This document shows positions 11,868 through 21,346 of a stretch of DNA of 64,000 nucleotides, piece by piece (position 1 is the stretch's first letter; every line of letters begins with the position of its first letter). The notes beneath the pieces are model-generated. The model made no database searches. It had not been told where the DNA came from and worked only from the letters and a program-made list of their open reading frames with translations. The stretch spans positions 25,865 through 89,864 of the forward strand of contig LDXO01000002.1 in assembly GCA_001443455.1 (NCBI GenBank), in the 5' to 3' direction. A program made the position numbers and the translations under genes. The DNA is from Deltaproteobacteria bacterium CSP1-8 (GTDB taxonomy: Bacteria > Desulfobacterota > Deferrimicrobia > Deferrimicrobiales > Deferrimicrobiaceae).

Positions 11868-12562
11868 CCCGCCGAGGGGTTTTCCGGGGATCGCCCGGCC
11901 TCCGGTTCGCGCTGCTTGCCGCCCTCGCGCTGGCGGGGCTCGTCTCGGGATGCTCGACGGGAACGGGGGTCTACCACCGGGTGGAACGGGGACAGACGGC
12001 GTACCGGATCGCGCAGGCGTACGGCATCGAGCCGCGCGCGCTCCTCGAGAGCAACGCAATCGCGGATCCGCGGGCGTTGCGGACCGGACAACTGCTGTGG
12101 ATCCCCGGGGCGACCCGCACGAGGACCGTCCCCCCCCGGGAAGATTTCCCGGAGACGAGCTCCCGCCTGTCGGGGAAAAGACTCGTCATGCCGCTGCGCG
12201 GTCCGGTCTCCTCGGGCTTCGGGAATCGAAACGGGCGCAAGCACGAAGGGGTCGACATCTTGGCTCCGGAAGGCGCCCTGGTGCGGGCGGCCGGCTACGG
12301 GGTGGTCCTGTATGCCGGGGACGGGTTGCGGGGATACGGGAACGCAATCGTCCTGGACCACGGGGACGGCGTCACGACCCTGTACGGACATCTGAAAAAC
12401 ATTCGCGTACAATCGGGAGACATCGTTGCGGCAGGAAGCGTGATCGGGGCGGTGGGAGACACCGGGAACGCGACGACGGCGCACCTTCATTTCGAGCTTC
12501 GACTGGAGGGAGAAGGGGTGGACCCAGAACCCTATTGCGAAAAGGCGGAAGACCCGCGATGA
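11864..12562 (+). CDS. nlpD: LysM + M23 peptidase lipoprotein (NlpD-like)
   Basis: Signal peptide with lipobox 'LAGLVSGC', a LysM domain ('[18 protein letters not shown]') and M23 motifs ('HEGVDI', '[10 protein letters not shown]'). ATGA overlap with pcm. Confidence 0.85.
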   Translation: MTRRGVFRGSPGLRFALLAALALAGLVSGCSTGTGVYHRVERGQTAYRIAQAYGIEPRALLESNAIADPRALRTGQLLWIPGATRTRTVPPREDFPETSSRLSGKRLVMPLRGPVSSGFGNRNGRKHEGVDILAPEGALVRAAGYGVVLYAGDGLRGYGNAIVLDHGDGVTTLYGHLKNIRVQSGDIVAAGSVIGAVGDTGNATTAHLHFELRLEGEGVDPEPYCEKAEDPR

Positions 12563-13080
12563 AGGAGCTCAAGAAACGGATACGGAACATCCCCGACTTC
12601 CCGATCAAGGGGATCCAGTTCAAGGACATCACGACCCTTTTGTCCGACCCTTCGTCCTACCAGCGGGCGATCGACCTCATGGCGCACCGCCACTTCAACA
12701 AGGGCGTGGAATCCGTCGTCGGGATCGAGGCCCGCGGGTTCGTGATGGGCGCGGCGATGGCGTACAAACTGGGGGTGGGGGTCATCCTCGTGCGCAAGGC
12801 GGGGAAGCTTCCGTACCGGACGGTCTCGGCGGAGTACGCGCTCGAATACGGGAAAGACCGGCTGGAGATCCACGAGGATGCGATACGGCCCGGGATGAAG
12901 GTGGTCGTGGCCGACGACGTTCTTGCCACGGGGGGGACGGTCGCCGCAGTGGCGGATTTATTGAAACGGCTCGGCGCCGATATTGTAGAATGTTGTTTCC
13001 TGGCGGAACTCACCGACCTTCGCGGCCGCGACAAGCTGAAAGGCCAGAAGGTGTTTTCCCTGCTCAAGTTCAAGGAGTAG
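12559..13080 (+). CDS. apt: adenine phosphoribosyltransferase
   Basis: '[18 protein letters not shown]', '[13 protein letters not shown]' PRPP motif. ATGA overlap with the nlpD-like gene. Confidence 0.93.
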   Translation: MKELKKRIRNIPDFPIKGIQFKDITTLLSDPSSYQRAIDLMAHRHFNKGVESVVGIEARGFVMGAAMAYKLGVGVILVRKAGKLPYRTVSAEYALEYGKDRLEIHEDAIRPGMKVVVADDVLATGGTVAAVADLLKRLGADIVECCFLAELTDLRGRDKLKGQKVFSLLKFKE

Positions 13081-13111
13081 GGAAGAAGAGGGCGGATTTT
13101 TTTTAGGAAAC

Positions 13112-13188
13112 GCCCCCGTAGCTCAGGCGGATAGAGCAGCGGTTTCCTAAACCGTTTGCCGGGTGTTCGAGTCACCCCGGGGGCGCCA
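13112..13188 (+). tRNA. tRNA-Arg (anticodon CCT)
   Basis: Acceptor GCCCCCG/CGGGGGC, anticodon stem GCGGT/ACCGT with loop TTCCTAA, T-loop TTCGAGT, encoded CCA. Confidence 0.9.
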
Positions 13189-13366
13189 GATTTTTCCCAT
13201 CCCTGTCGAGGTACCTTTCGATATCCCTGCGACGGAAGCGCCATTGGTTGCCGCTCTTGTACCCCTTGAGCACACCTTTGCGGGCGAGGTCATTGACCGC
13301 GTCGGGGCTCATGTCCAGGAGAACGGCCAGGTCACGCGTTCTGAGGATGTTGGGAAGGTTTTCCAA
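13172..13366 (-). CDS. small excisionase/AlpA-like helix-turn-helix DNA-binding protein
   Basis: 64 aa. 'LRTRDLAVLLDMSPDAVNDLARKGVLKGYKSGNQWRFRRRDIERYL' is the excisionase-family HTH pattern. Its last codons overlap the tRNA-Arg 3' end. Confidence 0.65.
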   Translation of the reverse strand: MENLPNILRTRDLAVLLDMSPDAVNDLARKGVLKGYKSGNQWRFRRRDIERYLDRDGKNLAPPG

Positions 13367-13508
13367 TCGGCAAGGCCTTTCAAAACGCCATTTTGAGGTG
13401 TTTTCGTCAAGGAAAATAACATAGTGACTCTTTTTTGTAAACCCGTATGTTCATGGATATGAAGCGCCATTCTACCGGAAGAACCAACGGCCGCTTCCCT
13501 TCGGGCCG

Positions 13509-14192
13509 GTGCCGTACGTGAGGGTCTTTCTCTTTTCCCTTGCCGGCCTTCCCCTTCTGTTTTTCGACGGAGTCCTCCTGTATACGTTTCCCGCGCCTGC
13601 CGGCCGGCTGGCGACGCGGGAGGAGGGATGGATCGTCCTTGGGGGAGCCCTGGCCTACCTTCTCGTGCATTTCTTTTTGCGAAAGCCGGAGCGGTTCTAC
13701 CTGTGGGGGCACGAGTTCTCCCACCTGGTGCTCGCCAAACTGTTTTTCCGGAAGATCCATCAGTTCCACATCTCGTCGAGAAACGGGGGAAAGGTGGTGA
13801 TGGACCGGACGAACGTGATGATCGACCTCGCCCCGTACATTTTCCCCCTGTACAGCGTGGGAACCGGAATCGCGGCCATGGTGTTCCGGCATGTATCCCC
13901 CTGGGTGCCGGACATCTATTTAGCGGCGGCCTCGTTTCTGTTCACGATGCACCTCCTTTTTTCCGCGGAGGGGTTCCTGACGGGGCAGCCGGACCTGCGA
14001 AGGAGCGGGAGACTGTTTTCCGCGGCGGTCGTGCTGTTCTTCCTGATGCTGTGGATCCCTTGCCTGATGGCCCCGGGTGTATCGGCAGGGTGGGGGGGGG
14101 CGGCGGAGGCCTACCGCGAGTGGCTGTCGGCCGGGGAGGACGCGGCCGGAAGGTTTCTCGCGTACGTTCAGTCCCTTTGGGTTTTGTGGTAA
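13509..14192 (+). CDS. polytopic membrane protein with HExxH motif (putative intramembrane zinc peptidase, DUF3267-like)
   Basis: 227 aa with about 5-6 hydrophobic segments. 'WGHEFSHLVLAKL' lies next to a TM helix. The start codon is uncertain. Confidence 0.5.
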   Translation: MPYVRVFLFSLAGLPLLFFDGVLLYTFPAPAGRLATREEGWIVLGGALAYLLVHFFLRKPERFYLWGHEFSHLVLAKLFFRKIHQFHISSRNGGKVVMDRTNVMIDLAPYIFPLYSVGTGIAAMVFRHVSPWVPDIYLAAASFLFTMHLLFSAEGFLTGQPDLRRSGRLFSAAVVLFFLMLWIPCLMAPGVSAGWGGAAEAYREWLSAGEDAAGRFLAYVQSLWVLW

Positions 14193-14255
14193 TCTGGCCC
14201 TGCGCGGCGCAAAGGTTTTGATAAACTTTTCGGCGCGCATTCCGTAAAGAAAGAA

Positions 14256-15764
14256 ATGAAACGAAAACCGATTTTTCTCGGGGAGAATCCGGTTCAGGTG
14301 AATCGGGGATCGGAGCGGATGCAGAAGCGGTTCTTGTGGGGCGGAGTCGCGATGATCCTCGTGGCCTCCGGGTTCGCTTTCCTTGTGGCTCGCGGGTTTC
14401 CGCGGGGATCCGTCGTCCCCCTGGCCGCGGCGGCATCCTTCGCCCTGCTCGCCGGTGTTCTTCTGCTCCTGTTGCGGGCCTTCCTGAAGTCCTCGGAAGA
14501 CGTTGCGAAACAACGCCTCGATGGGTATCGCGCGGAAATCACGGCGGAGATGGAAAAGTCAAAAGAGGACCAGGAACAACGGTTCCGCGAGATCGCCGAT
14601 GCGCACAACGACCTCCTCACCCACCACAAGCTCACCAAGAAGATGCTCCAATCGTACCGGGCAACCGATGTCTTCGAAACCCTTCTCAAGGGGGTCCGCG
14701 AGGGTTTCGGCTTTCCCGGGGCGGTCTTGGGAGTCCTCGAGGAAAAGGGTACCATCGTGTTTCGAAGCGCGGGAAACGGGGAAGGCCGTCCGGGGAAGCG
14801 GATACCATGCTGGGAGGAAGAGTCGCTTCTGGCCCGGACGATCTGGAGCGGAAATCCCGTGATGATCCCTTCCCTGGACGGGCAGAGGCATAGCGGCGAG
14901 GACCGGGCCATCCTGGGGGAGGGTCCGGCGTTCCTGGTGCCGGTGACGAAGAAACCGAGCAGGAAGTGCTCCGATGTCATGGTGTGCGGGCTTGTCGAAT
15001 GCCCCGCCTATCATCTCCTCGACGCGAAATGCTGGATCGAGGGGTTGCCGGCCCGCACATGTACCCAATCGGGGGAGATCGAACAAAAGCGGAAGGAGTG
15101 CGCCCGGTGCGAGATGTTTTTGCCATCGGCGATTCTCGTGGTACGCAGCCATCCCGGGTCCCGCAAGATCAGCCGGGAGACGACGGGTTCGATCGTCGCG
15201 CTCGCCAACGAGGCGGGACTTGCGCTGAAGTTGGCCGAAATGAACGAGAACACGAGGAAAATGTCGATCACGGACGGCCTGACGGGGATCCTCAACCACC
15301 GGGGGTTCTACGAGCTCCTCGGCAGGGAACTGGAACGCGCCAGGCGGTACGGACACAGCGTGTCCCTCCTCATGGTGGATGTCGACGATTTCAAGAAATT
15401 CAACGACCGCTACGGTCACCTGGCGGGGGACTCCGCCCTCAAGAAGATCGCCGAACTGATTCGAGGATCTGTCCGCGCCAACGACATCGTGGCGCGTTAC
15501 GGAGGGGAGGAGTTCGGGGTCATCCTGCCGGAAGCCACCCCCGCCGGGGCCCTGATGCTCGCGGAGCGGATCAAGACGGATATTGCCTGCCATCGTTTCC
15601 CGGGACACTCCGGGGAGGTCGCCCATCTCACCGTGAGCATCGGAATCTACTCCACCGACCCCGGGGATATCACCGAGGAAAGGATGGTGAAATTCGCTGA
15701 CGAGGCGGCCTACCTGGCAAAAAATTCGGGGAAGAACCGGGTTGTCGTGAAATCGCATGCTTGA
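14256..15764 (+). CDS. membrane-anchored diguanylate cyclase (2 TM, coiled coil, GAF-like domain with Cys-rich insert, GGDEF)
   Basis: Intact 'RANDIVARYGGEEFGVILPE' (I-site RxxD plus GGEEF). Two N-terminal TM helices. Seven Cys lie between aa 238 and 285. Confidence 0.85.
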   Translation: MKRKPIFLGENPVQVNRGSERMQKRFLWGGVAMILVASGFAFLVARGFPRGSVVPLAAAASFALLAGVLLLLLRAFLKSSEDVAKQRLDGYRAEITAEMEKSKEDQEQRFREIADAHNDLLTHHKLTKKMLQSYRATDVFETLLKGVREGFGFPGAVLGVLEEKGTIVFRSAGNGEGRPGKRIPCWEEESLLARTIWSGNPVMIPSLDGQRHSGEDRAILGEGPAFLVPVTKKPSRKCSDVMVCGLVECPAYHLLDAKCWIEGLPARTCTQSGEIEQKRKECARCEMFLPSAILVVRSHPGSRKISRETTGSIVALANEAGLALKLAEMNENTRKMSITDGLTGILNHRGFYELLGRELERARRYGHSVSLLMVDVDDFKKFNDRYGHLAGDSALKKIAELIRGSVRANDIVARYGGEEFGVILPEATPAGALMLAERIKTDIACHRFPGHSGEVAHLTVSIGIYSTDPGDITEERMVKFADEAAYLAKNSGKNRVVVKSHA

Positions 15765-16911
15765 CCGGAAGGAATTCGAGCGCCAGGAAACGGAACGCCT
15801 TGCGCCCTACGCCGTCAAGAGCGGAGAGTCACGGGGGAGGAGGTTCCCGGAGCAGGAAGATCCGTTCCGCTCGGCCTTCCAGCGTGACCGGGACCGGGTC
15901 ATCCACTCCGCCGCGTTCCGGCGCCTGGAGTACAAGACACAGGTCTTCGTGAACCACGAGGGCGACCATTACCGGACCCGCCTCACCCACACCATCGAGG
16001 TATCCCAGATCGCGCGGTCCATCTGCCGCGCCCTCCACCTGAACGAGGATCTGACGGAAGCCATCGTGCTGGCGCACGACCTGGGCCACACACCCTTCGG
16101 GCATGCGGGGGAGCGCATGATGGCCCAGCTGATGGAAGAGGAGGGGGGGTTCGAGCACAACCTCCAGAGCCTCCGGGTGGTGGACGTCCTCGAGAAACGG
16201 TATCCCGCCTTCGAGGGATTGAATCTGTCTTTTGAGGTGCGGGAGGGGATTTGCAAGCACAGTTCCCAGTACGACAACCCGCCGCCGGTTCCGGAATTCC
16301 AGTCTCCTGGGTACCCCACGCTCGAAGCCCAGGTTGCCGACATCGCGGACGAGATTGCCTACAGCAGCCACGACGTCGATGACGGGATCCGTTCCGGGAT
16401 GCTTACGATCTCCGGCCTGGAGTCCGTGGATCTGTGGCGCGAAGCGGTTTCTTCCGCGCGGGAAGAGTTTCATTCGATCGATGAGGATGTTCTTCGCTAT
16501 CGTTCGATTTCTTTCATGATTTCCTCCCTCACCAGGAACCTGATCCGTTCTTCCCACGGCCTGCTGGGAAAGCACGGCGTCCGGACGCCGGACGAGGGGC
16601 GGACCACCCGGGGGAAATGCATTTCGTTCGATGAGGAAATGCAGGGGAAGAACCTGGAGTTGAAATCATATCTCTTGAAGGAAATGTACGGCAACTACCG
16701 GGTAATCCGGATGGAGCAGAAGGCGCGCCGCGTCATCGGGGAACTCTTTCGCTCCTATTGCGACCGCCCCGAGCAGCTTCCGCCCCACATCTTTGCCCGG
16801 CTGAACCACGACGGGACAAAGCGGGTGGTCTGCGACTACATCGCGGGGATGACCGACCGGTACGCCATGGAGGAATACCAGAAACTGTTCGATCCTCTGA
16901 AAAAATCATAG
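15757..16911 (+). CDS. dgt: dGTP triphosphohydrolase-like HD-domain protein
   Basis: 'FQRDRDRVIHSAAFRRLEYKTQVF', 'HTIEVSQIAR', 'AHDLGHTPFGHAGE'. An 8-nt overlap with the upstream gene. Confidence 0.9.
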   Translation: MLDRKEFERQETERLAPYAVKSGESRGRRFPEQEDPFRSAFQRDRDRVIHSAAFRRLEYKTQVFVNHEGDHYRTRLTHTIEVSQIARSICRALHLNEDLTEAIVLAHDLGHTPFGHAGERMMAQLMEEEGGFEHNLQSLRVVDVLEKRYPAFEGLNLSFEVREGICKHSSQYDNPPPVPEFQSPGYPTLEAQVADIADEIAYSSHDVDDGIRSGMLTISGLESVDLWREAVSSAREEFHSIDEDVLRYRSISFMISSLTRNLIRSSHGLLGKHGVRTPDEGRTTRGKCISFDEEMQGKNLELKSYLLKEMYGNYRVIRMEQKARRVIGELFRSYCDRPEQLPPHIFARLNHDGTKRVVCDYIAGMTDRYAMEEYQKLFDPLKKS

Positions 16912-16919
16912 GAATATCG

Positions 16920-17720
16920 ATGGATAAAGAAAAAGATATCAACAAAAGGTTTAAGATGGCGGTAGAGCGGAATTTCGATCAGAGCGCGGGAATCTACGAC
17001 ACGTTCGAGGAAAAATACCACCTGTTCGAGACGCTTACGAAAAAACTCTGCGAACTGAACGCACCCTTTGCTCCCAAAAGGGTCCTCGACGTAGGGTGCG
17101 GCACCGGGATTTCCACTCTCTGCATCCACAAGTCCCTGAAGAAGCCGCCGATCATCTACGCCATCGATATTTCGGAGGCCATGCTCATCAAGGCACGGGA
17201 GCGGTTGACGGGAAAAAAGGGGATTTACTTTGTCCGCGGGGACGCAGAGAAGCTTTCGATCTATTTTCATGAAGCATTCGACGCGGTATTTTACACCGCA
17301 TCGATCTTTCTCCTTCCCAATTTCCGGGAATCGATCGACCAGGCGTGCAAACTGATCCTTCCCGGCGGCGTCCTGGCGATCAGCTTTTACGCCGGCCTCT
17401 TCAACGCGAGAGGGCGGGATGCTTTCGCTCTGGCGTTTCCGGATCTGAAATACCAGTACGGTACCGTCAACTATGAGGATCTCATGAAGTGCCTCGCGGC
17501 AAAGAAGAGGTTCCGCACGGCCCAATTCGACTACCGGTTCGAGATAAGCAAGGAATATCTCTTCGATTTCCTGAGCATCCCCGCGCAGTCGGCGGGGGTT
17601 TATCCGAAAGTTCCCTATATCGAGCGGATCCCCATGATCCGGGATCTGTGCGACAAACTGACGGGGAAGGTGAGACCCCTGTTCATGGGGTGGAAGTTCG
17701 TGGTTTCCCGCAAAGCATGA
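16920..17720 (+). CDS. class I SAM-dependent methyltransferase
   Basis: 'VLDVGCGTGISTL' motif I. It starts at the internal ATG of ORF 16758-17720. GC is noticeably lower than the neighbours. Confidence 0.8.
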   Translation: MDKEKDINKRFKMAVERNFDQSAGIYDTFEEKYHLFETLTKKLCELNAPFAPKRVLDVGCGTGISTLCIHKSLKKPPIIYAIDISEAMLIKARERLTGKKGIYFVRGDAEKLSIYFHEAFDAVFYTASIFLLPNFRESIDQACKLILPGGVLAISFYAGLFNARGRDAFALAFPDLKYQYGTVNYEDLMKCLAAKKRFRTAQFDYRFEISKEYLFDFLSIPAQSAGVYPKVPYIERIPMIRDLCDKLTGKVRPLFMGWKFVVSRKA

Positions 17721-17795
17721 AAACCCTGGCTATTACCATCTATCTTACATAATATACATTACCAGACGTTGTAGCTCCGGAATGCCGGCGTGATA

Positions 17796-20048
17796 TCAGA
17801 CATCCCACATCTCCTCCTCGAAATTTTTCCCCGGAAGGTCTGCTATGAACGTACCGTACGTGGGCCATCGTTCCCCGATCGAACCGGGTCGTACGATCGT
17901 TAGGAAAAACTCGACCTGCTCTTCGCCCTCGCAACCGAGTTCCCGAAACGGAACTCCCAGTTCCAGTACCTTGCGAAACGAAACCCGGATCACCTCGGGC
18001 ATGGTGAGGATATGGTTGGACAGAAGAATCTCCCCGATGTTCCCGATCGACGCGCGTATGGACGGCTCCGCGGGGAATAGAACCATGCTGATTTTCCGGT
18101 TTTTCTTCGGGAAGAAGATTTCCATCTCGAGCGAATCCGGGGACTCGAAAATGGACGGGTGGAGATCGATCCGGAGAAAGAGATTCGATTCGTCGAACCC
18201 GAAATACAGGCAATCGAAAACTCCGATGGCAGCCCGGTGCATCGTTCCGAAATCCGGGCGGGGGAAATACCGGGTCGCTGCACTCCATTCGTAGTACGAT
18301 GAAAGATTCCCGTTTATTTTCGGGTGAATATATGTGCGTGGCCTCGCGATATGGTTCCTGTCCGATGCAATTTTGTCTGCGCGGAGGATGGGGATGTCGA
18401 TCGAATCGGGAGGAGTTTCCCCCAGGTCGCGGTAGGCCGCCTTCACATGGCTGCGGAACAGGCGGTCGAACTCCGGTCCGTGGGGGGTAGAATGCTCGTC
18501 TCCGTACCACCAGCACCAGTCGGATCCTTCCGCCGCGAGCAGGTGGTCGAACGCGTCATTCATCAGTTTCGATGGTTCGAGGCCTGCCTTCCTCATCTGT
18601 TCGGTGCGCAATTGCAAGAGGCTTCTCGCACGGGCAAGCAACTCCCAGGCGGCGTGATCCTCCCGGTGCCCTATCCAGATATTGAATGTTCCGTCGATCC
18701 AGGAACCGGTCGGGATGGAAGGCAATGGTTCATGATGATCAATTTTCTGTAATACTTCGCTGAATGGTATGCAGGATATGTTGGGGGCCAGTGAAGCAAG
18801 TCGCCCCATCAAGGTACGGAGAAATTTCTCTCCCGAATCGGGGAAATATTCCCACGCATTCTCTCCGTCCAGGATCACGGAAACGACGTAGGCCTCTTTG
18901 CGAAGGTGTCCTTTAATGGATGATAATTTATTGTATATATCGCTGATAATACTTATAAAATTAGATGCGGCATCGGGAGCTGACCATCGGGAATACTCGA
19001 AACCGATCAGGTCGGATAGGTGGTGATCCCGGAAGAACATCCGGATCGGTCCCGCAGGTGTGGAGGCGACGTACGGTTGGTACAGCCAAGACGGTTCCTG
19101 GGGAACACCGGCGGAATCCCGATGGACGGTTTTCCCCAGCGCCTTGCACAGGAGAATCTCGTCCGTTGCGGTCCACCGGAAACCGGCACGGGCTGCGATT
19201 TCCAGGGATCCGGGGCTGATGGAACCCTCGGAAGGCCATAACCCTTCCGGAAACGTCCCGAAAAGGGAATGGAACACTTCCCTCCCCCGGGAAACCTGCT
19301 CCGCCGCATCGCCCGGGTAGACAAAAGGGATCCTCGGCAAGGGCGCCCCGGTGAGCGCGTCCTGCGCCGACCGGCTGTCGATCAGGAGGGGCAGGATGGG
19401 GTGGTACATGGGGGTAGAGGTCAACTCCCCGCCGTCGTTTTCCACCACCCTCCGGTATTCCGGTATCACCGTCGCCATGATGTCGATCTGCCGGTCCAGG
19501 ACGTACCCCTTCTCCCTCTCGGTGTACCCGCTGCCCTTTCTCCAGAGCCTGGAAAGTTCCGCGTCATCTTCCCGGTGGAGGGGGTGGAACCAGGTCAGGT
19601 TGAACAGCGTCATCAGGTCGGTGTACTCCGATGCCCCGAACCTCCCCGATGCGCCGGATTTACCCAACCCCCGTACCGCGGCTTCCCTTCTCCCGTACAG
19701 GTCCGCATATCGCCTCTGGGGCAGGATCATGGTGGGGGGATAGGCGGAGAAGAAGTTGCGGAGGAGAAACTCCTCCTCCTCTTTCGTGAGATCCAGGCAG
19801 TTCTTCCGGGACAGTGTGAGGAAAACGTCTTCCGCGCCGTTTTCCACGTAGTCCTGGACCTGTATCAGCAATGACGGGACCAGGTTGAAGGTATGCCGTA
19901 CCGCAGGAATTTCCCGGAAGAGACGCGGGAGGGCCACATAGTCCTTGATGGCGTGAAGCCGAACCCACGGAAGGATATAGGTCTCCGTTTCGGGGTCCTT
20001 GTAATACGGCTGGTGCATGTGCCAGAGAAAGCAGAGATGAAGCTTCAT
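17796..20048 (-). CDS. glycoside hydrolase family 57 protein (alpha-amylase/4-alpha-glucanotransferase-like, long C-terminal domain)
   Basis: N terminus 'LCFLWHMHQPYYKDP...ILPWVRLHAIKDY' is the GH57 signature. 'GENAWEYF' and 'SDWCWWYG' motifs are present. 750 aa. Confidence 0.88.
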   Translation of the reverse strand: MKLHLCFLWHMHQPYYKDPETETYILPWVRLHAIKDYVALPRLFREIPAVRHTFNLVPSLLIQVQDYVENGAEDVFLTLSRKNCLDLTKEEEEFLLRNFFSAYPPTMILPQRRYADLYGRREAAVRGLGKSGASGRFGASEYTDLMTLFNLTWFHPLHREDDAELSRLWRKGSGYTEREKGYVLDRQIDIMATVIPEYRRVVENDGGELTSTPMYHPILPLLIDSRSAQDALTGAPLPRIPFVYPGDAAEQVSRGREVFHSLFGTFPEGLWPSEGSISPGSLEIAARAGFRWTATDEILLCKALGKTVHRDSAGVPQEPSWLYQPYVASTPAGPIRMFFRDHHLSDLIGFEYSRWSAPDAASNFISIISDIYNKLSSIKGHLRKEAYVVSVILDGENAWEYFPDSGEKFLRTLMGRLASLAPNISCIPFSEVLQKIDHHEPLPSIPTGSWIDGTFNIWIGHREDHAAWELLARARSLLQLRTEQMRKAGLEPSKLMNDAFDHLLAAEGSDWCWWYGDEHSTPHGPEFDRLFRSHVKAAYRDLGETPPDSIDIPILRADKIASDRNHIARPRTYIHPKINGNLSSYYEWSAATRYFPRPDFGTMHRAAIGVFDCLYFGFDESNLFLRIDLHPSIFESPDSLEMEIFFPKKNRKISMVLFPAEPSIRASIGNIGEILLSNHILTMPEVIRVSFRKVLELGVPFRELGCEGEEQVEFFLTIVRPGSIGERWPTYGTFIADLPGKNFEEEMWDV

Positions 20049-20073
20049 TCGTGAGGTGTCCCTTCCCCTTCCC

Positions 20074-20775
20074 TTATCCCAGGTGCGCCATCTTGATCTC
20101 GATCAGCTCCTTGAGAGGGGTGTCGGGATTCTCGACGAGGATCTTGCGGAATATGCCCGCTGCCTCCTCCTTGCGTCCCAGAATGGCGAGGGTTCTCGCC
20201 TGTCCCATCCACGCCTGGGTCCGAAGTTCGCCGGTCGCGTAAGCGGCGGCCTCCCCGTAGGCTTTCTGGGCGCTTTCGGCGTCTCCCCTGGCCTCGAGCG
20301 CCTGTGCGAGCCCTTCGCGGAGGAGGAAATCCATGAGGGTCCCCTGCTCCTTCCCGCTGGTTATGGCCGAACGGAATTGCGCGGCGCTCTGGTCATAATC
20401 CCTGCGCAGGTAGGCAATGCTGCCGAGGTAGTACCTCGCGAAGACCGCTGCCCCGGTGTCCGGGTGCAGGTTCACGTGGACGGTCAGAACCTCCACGAGG
20501 CGATCGAGCTTCTCCTTGTCGGCGACCGAAGGGACCTGGAGAACCTCGCGGGCCTGGTTCAGGTGGGGCCAGAGTTCCCGGTTCGCCTTCGCCTCCTGCC
20601 AGCGGAAGTAGGCGCGCGTCCCGAAAACGCCTCCCGCGGCCATCATGAGGACGGCAACCACGACGAGAACCCGGGAGCGGTTCTCCCTGATCCAGAGCGT
20701 CGCCCGTCCGAGGGTGGAGATGAACTCGTCCGGGCCTTTCAGGTCTTTTCGCGTGTATTTGATCTTCCTTCCCAT
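20074..20775 (-). CDS. membrane-anchored TPR protein (YfgM-like)
   Basis: One TM helix 'VLVVVAVLMMAAGGVFG' followed by TPR-like repeats. The start is chosen at the internal Met ('MGRKIKYTRKDLKGPDEF') to avoid overlapping the upstream gene. Confidence 0.6.
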   Translation of the reverse strand: MGRKIKYTRKDLKGPDEFISTLGRATLWIRENRSRVLVVVAVLMMAAGGVFGTRAYFRWQEAKANRELWPHLNQAREVLQVPSVADKEKLDRLVEVLTVHVNLHPDTGAAVFARYYLGSIAYLRRDYDQSAAQFRSAITSGKEQGTLMDFLLREGLAQALEARGDAESAQKAYGEAAAYATGELRTQAWMGQARTLAILGRKEEAAGIFRKILVENPDTPLKELIEIKMAHLG

Positions 20776-20791
20776 CCGTTTCCTCTCCCGG

Positions 20792-21346
20792 TCATCGTTC
20801 GACCAGTTCCCGCGCGTTCGCCTGCATGCGTGCGGCATCCTTCTCCGTCAGTCCCGATCCCCGGATAATTTGGAGCGCTGCCTCCCAGGGAGTGAAATCC
20901 CCGGGCGAATGCGAATCGGTATTGTACACCAGCCGGGCGCCCGTTTTCATCGCCATTCGCGCGACGTGGCCGTTCGTGAGCGAATGTCCCTTGCGGGCGG
21001 TGATCTCGAGAAGCACTCCGTTTTTCCTGGCCAGCGTCGCCTCCTCCTCGGAGAGGAGGCCGGGATGGGCGAGGATGTTGACCTTCGCCCGTATGGCGGC
21101 CAGCGGCGCGATCAGCCGCGGGGGGACGTGCGTGATTTCGACTCCCGGGTACACCTGCGCCCGCACCTTTCCCCGGAGTTGGGAGCAGACGTGCACCATG
21201 CGCTCCACGACGTTCTCCACGTTCGACGGGTCGACGTGGTCGGTGATCGCAAGATGCGTGTACCCGGCGAATAGGGCGCGGGAAACGACCTCGGACGGGA
21301 TCAGTTCGCCGTCGCTGAAGGTGGAGTGCATGTGCAGATCGATCAT
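20792..21346 (-). CDS. PHP-family (histidinol-phosphatase-like) metal-dependent phosphoesterase
   Basis: 'MIDLHMHSTFSDGELIP...HLAITDH...YNTDSH'. Only the last 184 codons of ORF 20792-22453 are used. A TAATG junction links it to the upstream gene. Confidence 0.8.
   Translation of the reverse strand: MIDLHMHSTFSDGELIPSEVVSRALFAGYTHLAITDHVDPSNVENVVERMVHVCSQLRGKVRAQVYPGVEITHVPPRLIAPLAAIRAKVNILAHPGLLSEEEATLARKNGVLLEITARKGHSLTNGHVARMAMKTGARLVYNTDSHSPGDFTPWEAALQIIRGSGLTEKDAARMQANARELVER

Noticed and set aside
11864-12562. 4-nt ATGA overlaps joining functionally unrelated genes (pcm/nlpD, nlpD/apt, hom/aminotransferase and others), considered as a special feature.
   Set aside because: This is a common consequence of compact, high-GC operons. 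It was noted as evidence for start-site choice, not as a finding.
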